Shown here: positions 39,249-51,392 of the stretch, piece by piece
Layout of the letters: each line of letters opens with the position of its first letter
How positions within the stretch are numbered: the first letter of the stretch is position 1
From: Octopus vulgaris
Lineage: Eukaryota
Assembly (NCBI GenBank): GCA_951406725.2
Contig: OX597819.1
Span: 117,366,001 to 117,430,000 of the forward strand
DNA: 64,000 nucleotides
Reading direction: 5' to 3'
Position numbers and translations under genes: made by a program
Notes under the pieces: model-generated
What the model saw: the letters and a program-made list of their open reading frames with translations, nothing else
Told to the model about the DNA's origin: nothing
Databases searched by the model: none

Positions 39249-39348
39249 CTTGTTTTATTTATATTTCCTGAGCGCCATACTAATACAATTGTTCGTTTGT
39301 TTTCCACCTGCCTTCGTCTTTTGTTTATTTTCATAAAGCTTCCCGTTA

Positions 39349-40222
<874 letters not shown>

Positions 40223-41730
40223 TGAGTAATTGAATGAATTATCTTATTAAGGATAATTCGAAAGATAACCGATACCTGGGTAGCAAGGATATTTGTTAAC
40301 TAGTCGTTCAACTCCATATATATCATTCAAATTGCTTTTTATGCCAAGAAGGATATTTAATTATCATTTTGTTTCTTTAGAAACTTAGACACTATTTTGT
40401 TCTGAACAAACTGTTCTGAACTTCCAGAAGGCCAGAATTGTTTTGCGTCTTACAATTGGATGCTTATTCATTATGTTCTGTATTTGTAACATCTATTATC
40501 TACTTTAGCATGTTAAACATTTTTATCTATACCACATGCTTTCATGATGTTTTTCTTGTGACAACATCATAAAAATAGGTCCTCGTTGTTCAATAAGGCT
40601 TCTGAAAATAACCACTTATATTAAAAATACATCATACTTCTAATATATCCCTCTAATTTTAGTACAAGTTTCGCAGTTCGGTTGTGGGGAATAGCGTCAA
40701 TTACATCGACCCCAGTAGTGAAATTATGCATATTTTATCGCGCCCTGAATGAATGAAAGACAAAGTCAATAATGGTGACATTTAAACGCAGACTATAAAG
40801 AGTCAGAAGTACTAATTATCACTTTGTCCGGCTGGAGGTTATAGCCGAAACATTGTTTTAACAACAAACAAGATGAGGACAAATATCTATCGAATGTAAA
40901 TAACGTACGTAATTCCTCATCTCGTAAATATAGAACTGTACTGTATCTTTAGTTATTATATTCTTTCATTCATTCGATTATGTCATTTCGCTGCTTTCAA
41001 GGTCTTTACTATATAATCCTCTAATAGTACTACCAGGGTGTTTGAATACAATTTCTACATACACAGAAAATGGGAAGTTAATTCTTTGTAACTATTCAAA
41101 ATGCCGCGCTCTTGTTTTAACATGTTGCTCAAAGAATGGTGCGATCTGATGGCGCATAAGACAAACTTACTCTTAATGCTGATATAAAGAAGACATTTCG
41201 TAAATTTTTTTGAAGCATTGGAAATATAAAACAGTGGAAATTTTAGAAGTATGATCATTACTTTCATAAACAATTCTTTATTGACATCCTCCATTCCATT
41301 TCTATATTTCAGTGAAAACAAAATAAATGAATAAATAAAACAAATCATTTGTACGAAAATTACAGGTTAAGTGTTATAGATAAATATATAGATAATAAAC
41401 TTAATTCTAAAATGTATTGCTTTAAAATATTAATTTTATCAAACAGAGACAAAACATGAAAATACGAAACAAATAAAATGATAAGACGTGCGATGTTAAA
41501 AAATACCTGACTGCAAACAACTGCTTTGGTGAAATTAATAATTTATTTGCACTCACCTATTTTATGCGCTTGTTGATATCTTTGTGTTTCATTTTTTTTT
41601 TGCTAGTTATTATGGCCACGTTTGAAGTTTGACTGTGTTTGATATCATTTTGTAACAATTCAGGTAACCGCTGCACTCATTGTAGCATCACTTATACTGA
41701 TAGCATTTAGTTATATTGGATATAAATTCA

Positions 41731-41996
41731 TATTGTTGTATTTAGAAATGGTCATTTTGCCAGTTTAGCCAATAAAAACACACGCACTATATATTTCATG
41801 TTACTTTGCTTCAGCGTTATTCATTTTTTACATTAATCTTAAACTTATTACATTATAATCTTTTTACATTAATCTTAATACGATTAAGATTAATGTAAAA
41901 AGTGAATAACGCTGAAGCAAAGTAACACCAAATATATAGTGCGTGTGTTTTTATTGGCTAAACTGGCAAAATGACCATCCCTAAATACAGCAATAT
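41731..41996. repeat. Fold-back element with ~110-bp inverted arms
   Basis: atggtcattttgccagtttagccaataaaaacacacgcactatatattt is reverse-complementary to aaatatatagtgcgtgtgtttttattggctaaactggcaaaatgaccat. Confidence 0.9.
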
Positions 41997-42376
41997 CTGT
42001 TTCAACACACGATTTCACACCAAAAATCTTGCAAAACAAATATATAAACGTAATAAGGATATAAATTCGAATATTAAAGGGAAATAATTCAAATCTCTGA
42101 GGCTACCACAAGTAATGCTATATACCGATAAATACTCGTTTCACTGAGGAATGATTCAATTGCCTTTTGTGATAGAGTGACAATGTAGGTTTTGCAGTTT
42201 TAATTACGGTGGTTACTACAGATATTACCACAGGAAATACTTCTATTAAGAAAACTATTACTAAGGCTACTGCAACTACTACGAATACTTCTACTATTCC
42301 TGTCACAGCCCCTTCTCCCTGCTGTTTCGACGTTGTAGTTATGATCTGGGAACTTCACATTTTATTATTCATAATA

Positions 42377-42541
42377 GGCACAGGAGTGGCTGTGTGGTAA
42401 GTAGCTTGCTTACAAACCACATGTTTCCGGGTTCATTCCCACTGCGTGGCACCTTGGGCAAGTGTCTTCTACTATAATCTCCGGCCGACCAAAGCCTTGT
42501 GAGTGGATTTGGTAGACTGAAACTGAAAGAAGTCCGTCGTA

Positions 42542-42625
<84 letters not shown>

Positions 42626-42832
42626 TGTTTGTGTGTTTGTGTTTGTCCCCCTAACATCGCTTGACAACCGAGACTGGTGTGTTTACGTCCCCGTAAGTTA
42701 GCGGTTCGGCAAAAGGGGTATGATAGAAGAAGTACTAGGCTTGCAAAGAATAAGTCCTGGGATCGATTTGCTCGACTAAAGGCGGTGCTCCAGCATGCCC
42801 ACAGTCAAATGACTGAATCAAGTAAAAGAGTA
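42377..42832 (+). mobile_element. SINE family B
   Basis: ggcacaggagtggctgtgtgg head through to the aaaagagt tail. Confidence 0.9.
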
Positions 42833-43858
42833 AAGAAGCTGATTCTGCGCGACTATACTGTGTCGTAACCTCCCACTAGTACAGAGATGAAAGTAAATGA
42901 GCAAAAGAAGGCAACTACAATTCTTGATCATATATTCAAACCGAATGCCAAAACAGACAACCTAGAATAGGTGTCGTGTGATTACAACATCAATGAAAAA
43001 CCTACACAGGAGGTGGAATGGAAGAAAATAAGAACACCTGTGGCGTATATAAACTGACCAGCGAGTAGGTTTCCATTTGCAGTTGGAGTGGTCCAGTGAC
43101 CAGGACACGGGCAGTGCGGTGAACATTTGAAAACCGGGAAGTCCATGACTTGGTGAAGTTAAACGTTTGGTTTTGAATTGCTAATACGAGTCTTCTATAC
43201 TGTACATGTTTTAATTTCAACACGCGGTCTCATATCAAATTATTTTAGAGGCAATTACAACTCCATAAGCAACCCTACAGAACAAAAATGAAATGAAATG
43301 TTGAAGCTCTATTATTGTCCACGAAATAAGCTACGACATATTTTCTTAGCGGCATGTACGAATACATACACAAAATAGAATCCCTCCATAGATACACACA
43401 CGCATACAATCACATATAAACATACCTGCCTGTGTAGTCACGTCTGCTTATCCATCATCATTTTTCTGATGCATAGTATACATATATTTCCTGCATTTAT
43501 GTATTTGCACACCTATATACCCACACAACTGTACGTAATCATTTATTAATGTTTGTGCGTTATAGCCTTCGCTATTCGATACGTGGTGTGGACGTAATAG
43601 ATCTAGACATTTTCTTTTCCTTTTTAAAAAGCAAGCAACAAAATCAGAATTTCCCTGTCTCTGTTGGAAGCAATTCAGTAAATAAAAATTCTGTCACAAA
43701 AAAAAAGAAAAGTTAATGCAGGATTTCGATGAGTCGTATACAAATATTTTTCATCTGCTGAGTGTTATATTTCCGGGCAGCGACATGATACCTTCTAGGT
43801 AATGTTAAAATAATGACAGCTGAACCAATCACTTTCTTACATAGATACATGCAAGCAA

Positions 43859-44060
43859 ACATACATACATACATACATACATACATACATACATACATAC
43901 ATACATACATACATACATACATACATACATACATACATACATACATACATACATACATACACACACATACATGCATGCATACATACATACAAACATACAT
44001 ACATACATACGACATACATACATACATACAAACATACATACACACACACATACAAACACA
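43859..44060. repeat. (ACAT)n microsatellite
   Basis: acat run degenerating rightwards. Confidence 0.9.
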
Positions 44061-44946
44061 TTTGATATATTAAGGGCTAAGTATATTTCAGGGTTTCAAC
44101 TCATCAGGAGTTCATGTAGGTACTTGGCAATCGCAGTGTTTCAATGACCGAAAGGAGATTAGTTACACTTGCATTGATTTATCATTAATTTATAATCCAA
44201 AGTGTTTCTTTCCAAAGGGTATGGTGTAACCATCACAGTGTGAATAATAATTATTTTGAGGTGAATATTAGAGGAATCAACTCAATACTACTTAACGCCT
44301 CCGTCAATGGAATTCATTTATTTATTATATGATACACATTTACACAATTATATGTAACGTATTTAACACATAAAGTCCTCAGTTGTGTCACTGAACAACA
44401 CACTTTATTTCACATTGCTCCAAACAAATTTGATGCCAAAACTGAACAGTTTCTCTAATTCAAAGACCATTCTTGTCACATTTGGTGTCACGCTATATAT
44501 TACTGACAACTAAATTGAGGATACGCGTGTCTGTGGATTACTGAGCCACTTGCACGTTAATTTCACGAGTAGGCTGTTCCGTTGATCGTATCAATTGGAA
44601 CCCACTTCGTTCTAATCGTTCCAGTATATGCGGATATATATGTTAAATGCGTGAGTATGTGTGTGCATCTATGTGTGCACTTGTTTGTAGCAAGATTGCT
44701 TCCCATTCATTAAGTAACGGTGGTTGTACACTGTCTAACAAATGCTGTGCAAAAATGTTAAATAAAATGTCACATTTCATTAAACATATACAGGGTCATA
44801 CACGACCCGTATTAGACTCATATTAGTGTCGAACTGGAAATCTAACTACGGTCCCTCGGCAGTACTTACATAGACTTAGCTGCCATTCTGGGTCTTACGA
44901 ATACCAAAAGCTCTATGACATATATATATATATATGTATATATATA

Positions 44947-45339
44947 CTAGCAGTATCGCCCGGCGTTGCTCGGGTTTGTAAGGGAAATAATTATATAAGC
45001 ATTTTTAAAGATGTAAAGTATAATAGCCATCTCAATATGGCTAACCACAAAGGGGGGGGTGTTACTGTAGCTTTTTACGTTCTGAGATTTAATAATAAAT
45101 TTTAGAGAGTTACTTCCCTTATATATGTCAAAAATTGATTAAAAATGGGAAAAATTGATGGTAATTTTTTTTTTAAATCGTAGACTCATCGTAGACGCGC
45201 GCTAATACCCAGACGGTCTCGATATGAATCACGACTATAAGATACCCGGTTTTGGTTAAACTGCACCGCAAAATGTGGGAGTAGTTAGGAATCTAAATCG
45301 TAGGAGACAGACACACAACCTCACTTTTATATATAAAGA
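44947..45339 (-). mobile_element. Non-autonomous Helitron (family A)
   Basis: Minus strand starts TC (tctttatatataaaa), ends CTAG preceded by the hairpin cccgagcaacgccggg, and sits between host A and T. Confidence 0.8.
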
Positions 45340-45501
45340 TTTCCTCTATTTACATAATATTGAGGTCACTTTCTTTCTTTTGTTATCTTACTGTTTTTAC
45401 CAATATACATATATATATATATATAAATATATATATAGTTACAGAGATGTACTTGCATAGCAAGTGACTTGATCTGAGATCGTGTGCTGGAACGAAAACA
45501 G

Positions 45502-45759
45502 TTGCAGCGTTGAAGGTGTTTATAAGCCATTTAAGAAACACACAAAAACCGTTAGATTCACTTCAACATTTAAATTTAATTTGTCAAAATATTTTCGTCG
45601 CTTTGAGACCGCGACCTGTTAGCACGATATTTTTGTCAGTGAACAGGTCGCGGTCTCAAAGCGAGGAAAATATTTTGGCAAATTAAATTTAAATGTTGAA
45701 GTGAATGTAACGGTTTTTTTGTGTTTCTTAAATGGCTTACAAACACCTTCCAGGCTGCA
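45502..45759. repeat. TA-embedded fold-back element with ~120-bp arms (PLE-like 5' inversion)
   Basis: 45502-45620 is the reverse complement of 45642-45759 (e.g. cgctttgagaccgcgacctgtt / aacaggtcgcggtctcaaagcg). Confidence 0.88.
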
Positions 45760-46127
45760 ATATATATATACACACACATATATATATATATGTATGTATG
45801 TATGTATGTGTGTATATGTGTATGCATGTATGTGTGTGTGTGTGCGTGTCTGTGCTTGTGATTGTCCTCCACCACTGCTTGACAACGAATGTTGGTTTGT
45901 TTACATCCCTGTCACCTAGTGGTTTGACAAAGGAAACAGATAGAATAAGTACAATGCTTACAAAAATAAAACTGGAGTTGATTCATTAAACTACAATTCT
46001 TCAAGGCATTGCCCCAGCATGGCCACAGACCAATGGCTGGAAAAAGCAGAAGAATAAAAGAATACATTCTCTGCTTTGGTCTTATGTTCAAGGCATGAGA
46101 AAGCTTGAGTTTACATGAGAAGGCCTA

Positions 46128-47040
46128 ACAGACCTGGTAGAAACAGCAGCCAAATCTCCCTCAAATCACACCTTACTGTCTTATGTATGTATATATATAT
46201 ATGAGCCAATGAGGGGGACCTCTACTTGGTAGCTAGACCTGGTAGAAATAGCAGCCAAATTTCCCCCAAATCACACCTTACTGTCTTATCTATGTATATA
46301 TGTATGTATGAGCCTATGAGGGAGACCCCTACATGGCAGCTAGACCTGGTAGATATAGCAGCCAAATTTCCCCCAAATCACACCTTACTGTCTTATCTAT
46401 GTATATATGTATGTATGAGCCTATGAGGGAGACCCCTACATGGAAGCTAGACCTGGTAGAAATAGCAGCCAAATTTCCCCCAAATCACACCTTACTGTCT
46501 TATCTATGTATATATGTATGTATGAGCCTATGAGGGAGACCCCTACATGGCAGCTAGACCTGGTAGATATAGCAGCCAAATTTCCCCCAAATCACACCTT
46601 ACTGTCTTATCTATGTATATATGTATGTATGAGCCTATGAGGGAGACCCCTACATGGAAGCTAGACCTGGTAGAAATAGCAGCCAAATTTCCCCCAAATC
46701 ACACCTTACTGTCTTATCTATGTATATATGTATGTATGAGCCTATGAGGGAGACCCCTACATGGCAGCTAGACCTGGTAGAAATAGCAGCCAAATTTCCC
46801 CCAAATCACACCTTACTGTCTTATCTATGTATATATGTATGTATGAGCCTATGAGGGAGACCCCTACATGGCAGCTAGACCTGGTAGAAATAGCAGCCAA
46901 ATTTCCCCCAAATCACACCTTACTGTCTTATCTATGTATATATGTATGTATGAACCTATGAGGGAGACCCCTACATGGCAGCTAGACATGGTAGAAATAG
47001 CAGCCAAATCTCCCTCAAATCACACCTTACTGTCTTATCT
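46128..47040 (+). repeat. 107-bp minisatellite, ~8.5 copies
   Basis: Unit gagcctatgagggagacccctacatggcagctagacctggtagaaatagcagccaaatttcccccaaatcacaccttactgtcttatct...; ORF starts recur every 107 bp. Confidence 0.96.
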
Positions 47041-47553
47041 TTCTGTTACTTGGATATAGGTGTTATATTCGTCGTAAAAAACTTTCCTGTCACACACTCA
47101 CGCACACGCACACACACACACACACACACGCACCCTCAAACACACACACACACGCGCACACCCACACACATCCACTCACACACACGCACGTTTGCTTACA
47201 ATTTTATTTATATATTTGCGTGTCTATGTGTTGAAAGAGGAAGTGGGAGGCAGAGTGAAAGAATCACTCACTACAGTAAGTCAATTACTTTCATTTTATT
47301 CGTTGCCCACTGTGTGTGTGCGTTTGCGTGTGCTGTAAACCAGACTAAGAAAAGCATTTGACACACACACCAGAATGTGAGTTTTCTGTAAATTTTGCTT
47401 AATTGGAGTTTAAATTTTAAAAACTGGACCTGGCATGACGCGATGCATTGTACTCTTAAAAATGCAAGGTAAATTGTAATTGAAGAAATCCTATATTGTA
47501 GATTTGTATAACTCCCAAAGGGAGGCAGATAAAATCTGCCTTTTATAATAAGA

Positions 47554-48189
47554 CTAGCAGTATCGCCCGGCGTTGCTCGGGTTTGTAAGGGAAATAACTA
47601 TATAAGCATTTTTAGAGAGTTATAGCCAAAAAATAGCAAAAAATGCATTAAAAATGGAAAAAATATGATAGTAAATTTTTTTAAAAATCGTTGACTCATC
47701 GTAGACATTTTTAGAGAGTTACTTCCCTTATATAATAGCGAAAAAATGCATTAAAATGGAAAAAAAACGATGGTAAATTTTTTTTAAATCGTAGACTCAT
47801 GTAGACGCTTTCTTAGCCATTTCTGTTTTGGTGTCTTCAAGCCATGAAGTCGTTGTTCTAAAAGAACACTGGTCTCCTTGACAACGCATTACGACGTTGA
47901 TTTCCTTACACTCCCTTCCCCACAGGTGCAGGTGTGAGCGTGGACGCCAACTCCGCCGCCATCGACACACGAAAAATTATGCATTAAAATGGAATAAAAA
48001 ATGATGGTAAATTATTTTTAAAATCGTCGACTCATCGTAGACGCGCGCTAATATTCAGACGGGCTCGATATGAATCACGACTATAAGCTACCCGAATTTG
48101 GTTAAACTGTACCGCAAAATGTGGGAGTAGTTAGGAATCTAAATCGAAGGGGACAGACACTCACACAACTACAGTTTTATATATATAGA
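47554..48189 (-). mobile_element. Non-autonomous Helitron (family A, longer variant)
   Basis: Same TC start, hairpin and CTAG end as 44947-45339, with internal subrepeats. Confidence 0.8.
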
Positions 48190-48207
48190 TATACATAGCG
48201 CAGTAGT

Positions 48208-48565
48208 GGTGAGATATGACAGCAAAGAAAAGCATACATTCACTCTCTGCATGCAATTAGACTCGGAAAGTTCGTGAGGAACCCATTGACCCAATTTGCT
48301 GACTTTTCCGATAGCACACAGGTGTCAATGAATGGTTGAATGACCAAATCCAAGCTTCTCTGCTAGTTCCTCAACAGTTACGATGATATTTTGTTCCACC
48401 AGGGTTTTCAGGATGGCCTTGTCGAGTTCTACAGATCTTTCAGGATGAGGCTCGTCTTCTAGGCTGTAGTTTATGGCTCGGGATTTCTGGAACCACCATT
48501 GACACTGCCTTACGCTTATTGTCCAATCCCCATATACTGCATTAATATTTCTTGTACTTTGCACA
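48208..48565 (-). pseudogene. Mariner (Mos1/SETMAR-like) transposase fragment
   Basis: TRNINAVYGDWTISVRQCQWWFQK...LEDEPHPER...TVEELAEKLG..HSTIH*HLCAIGKVSKLGQWVPHELSE: HTH domains and WVPHEL linker with an in-frame stop. Confidence 0.88.
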
Positions 48566-48866
48566 CATTTATATTCTGTTATTCTTTTATATGTTTCAGC
48601 CTTGAGGTTGTGGCCATGCTGGATCATGTGTGTGTGTGTGTGTGTGTGTCTATCTGTCTGTCTGTCTGTATGTATGTATATATGTATATGTATGTGTGTG
48701 AACAATAATATTTTCAACAGATGTGTTGCAAATGTATCTGATTGTTCTCAAGCTTCAATACTGTGTGTGTGTGTATGTGTGTGTGTGTATGTATGTATGT
48801 ATATGTATGTATTATGTATGTATATGTATGTATGTATGTATGTGTGTGTGTATATATGTGTGTGTA

Positions 48867-48901
<35 letters not shown>

Positions 48902-49822
48902 ATGTATGTATGTATGTATGAGTGTATGTTTACTTTATTACTAATTACTCTCTTCCAAGAACATTTTCACTCACTCTTAGCTCTTAGCTTCCCATACATT
49001 TTACTCATGTATCTATCATCGTCATAGACAGAATACTTTCACTTTAGTCTTCCTCAAATCACTCTGTCCGCTATTTACTTTCATTTTATTCGTTGCCCAC
49101 TGTGTGTGTGCGTTTGCGTGTGGTGTAAACCAGACTAAGAAAAGCATTTGACACACACACCAGAATGTGAGTTTTCTGTAAATTTTGCTTAATTGGAGTT
49201 TCTCGGGTTTGTAAGGGAAATAACTATATAAGCATTTTTAGAGAGTTATAGCCAAAAAATGCATTAAAAATGGAAAAAATATGATGGTAAATTTTTTTAA
49301 ATCGTTGACTCATCGTAGACATTTTTAGAGAGTTACTTCCCTTATATAATAGCGAAAAAATGCATTAAAATGGGAAAAAAACGATGGTAAATTTTTTTTT
49401 AAATCGTAGACTCATGTAGACGCTTTCTTAGCCATTTCTGTTTTGGTGTCTTCAAGCCATGAAGTCGTTGTTCTAAAAGAACACTGGTCTCCTTGACAAC
49501 GCATTACGACGTTGATTTCCTTACACTCCCTTCCCCACAGGTGCAGGTGTGAGCGTGGACGCCAACTCCGCCGCCATCGACACACGAAAAATTATGCATT
49601 AAAATGGAATAAAAAATGATGGTAAATTATTTTTAAAATCGTCGACTCATCGTAGACGCGCGCTAATATTCAGACGGGCTCGATATGAATCACGACTATA
49701 AGCTACCCGAATTTGGTTAAACTGTACCGCAAAATGTGGGAGTAGTTAGGAATCTAAATCGAAGGGGACAGACACTCACACAACTACAGTTTTATATATA
49801 TAGATATACATAGCGCAGTAGT

Positions 49823-50180
49823 GGTGAGATATGACAGCAAAGAAAAGCATACATTCACTCTCTGCATGCAATTAGACTCGGAAAGTTCGTGAGGAACCCA
49901 TTGACCCAATTTGCTGACTTTTCCGATAGCACACAGGTGTCAATGAATGGTTGAATGATCAAATCCAAGCTTCTCTGCTAGTTCCTCAACAGTTACGATG
50001 ATATTTTGTTCCACCAGGGTTTTCAGGATGTCCTTGTCGAGTTCTACAGATCTTTCAGGATGAGGCTCGTCTTCTAGGCTGTAGTTTATGGCTCGGGATT
50101 TCTGGAACCACCATTGACACTGCCTTACGCTTATTGTCCAATCCCCATATACTGCATAAATATTTCTTGTACTTTGCACA
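49823..50180 (-). pseudogene. Duplicated mariner transposase fragment
   Basis: Second copy of 48208-48565 with a few substitutions. Confidence 0.88.
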
Positions 50181-50462
50181 CATTTATATTCTGTTATTCT
50201 TTTATATGTTTCAGCCTTGAGGTTGTGGCCATGCTGGATCATGTGTGTGTGTGTCTATCTGTCTGTCTGTCTGTATGTATGTATGTATATGTATGTGTGT
50301 GAACAATAATATTTTCAACAGATGTGTTGCAAATGTATCTGATTGTTCTCAAGCTTCAATACTGTGTGTGTGTGTATGTGTGTGTGTGTATGTATGTATG
50401 TATATGTATGTATGTATGTATATGTATGTATGTATGTGTGTATGTATGTGTGTGTGTATGTA

Positions 50463-50495
<33 letters not shown>

Positions 50496-50992
50496 ATGTA
50501 TGTATGTATGTATGAGTGTATGTTTACTTTATTACTAATTACTCTCTTCCAAGAACATTTTCACTCACTCTTAGCTCTTAGCTTCCCATACATTTTACTC
50601 ATGTATCTATCATCGTCATAGACAGAATACTTTCACTTTAGTCTTCCTCAAATCACTGTCTATTTACTTTCATTTTATTCGTTGCCCACTGTGTGTGTGC
50701 GTTTGCGTGTGGTGTAAACCAGACTAAGAAAAGCATTTGACACACACACCAGAATGTGAGTTTTCTGTAAATTTTGCTTAATTGGAGTTTAAATTTTAAA
50801 AACTGGACCTGGCATGACGCGATGCATTGTACTCTCAAAAATGCTAGGTAAATTGTAATTGAAGAAATCCTATATTGTAGATTTGTATAACTCCCAAAGG
50901 GAGGCAGATAAAATCTGCCTTTTATAATAAGAGATATATATATAGGAAAATATAAATAATAAATAAGAATATGACTCTCCCCAGACAGAAAA

Positions 50993-51105
<113 letters not shown>

Positions 51106-51109
51106 TTTA

Positions 51110-51340
51110 TGTGTGTGTATGTGTGCGTATATGCTTGTGTGTCTGTGTTTGTCTCCCCAACATCGCTGACAACCGATGGTGGTGTGTTTACCTCGCCGTA
51201 ACTTAGCGGTTCGGCCAAGGAGACCGATAGAATAAGTACTAGGCTTACAAACAATAAGTCCTGGCGTTGTTTTGCTCGACTTAAGGTGGTGCTCCTGCAT
51301 GGCCACAGTCACATGATTGAAACAAGTAAAAGAGTAAAAA
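51110..51340 (+). mobile_element. SINE family B, 3' half
   Basis: gtgtttacctcgccgtaacttagcggttcggc...acaagtaaaagagtaaaa. Confidence 0.8.
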
Positions 51341-51348
51341 GAAAATAG

Positions 51349-51392
<44 letters not shown>

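Larger units (their letters stand above)
24736..39348 (+). mobile_element. Head-to-tail array of a Penelope-like retroelement (Neptune-like): one 5'-truncated and three full units
   Basis: Units end at ...aaagcttcccgtta (25924, 30394, 34871, 39348), giving periods of 4470/4477/4477 bp. The first unit starts inside the GIY-YIG coding region. Units are near-identical and the array is embedded in (TA)n. Confidence 0.96.
47577..50790. repeat. ~1.6 kb tandem duplication (Helitron, mariner relic, microsatellite, second Helitron-like end)
   Basis: 47577-49200 is nearly identical to 49202-50790; the mariner ORFs are duplicated about 1615 bp apart. Confidence 0.92.

Noticed and set aside
46128-47040. 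CRISPR-like array
   Set aside because: Units are contiguous near-identical tandem repeats with no unique spacers, in a eukaryotic context.
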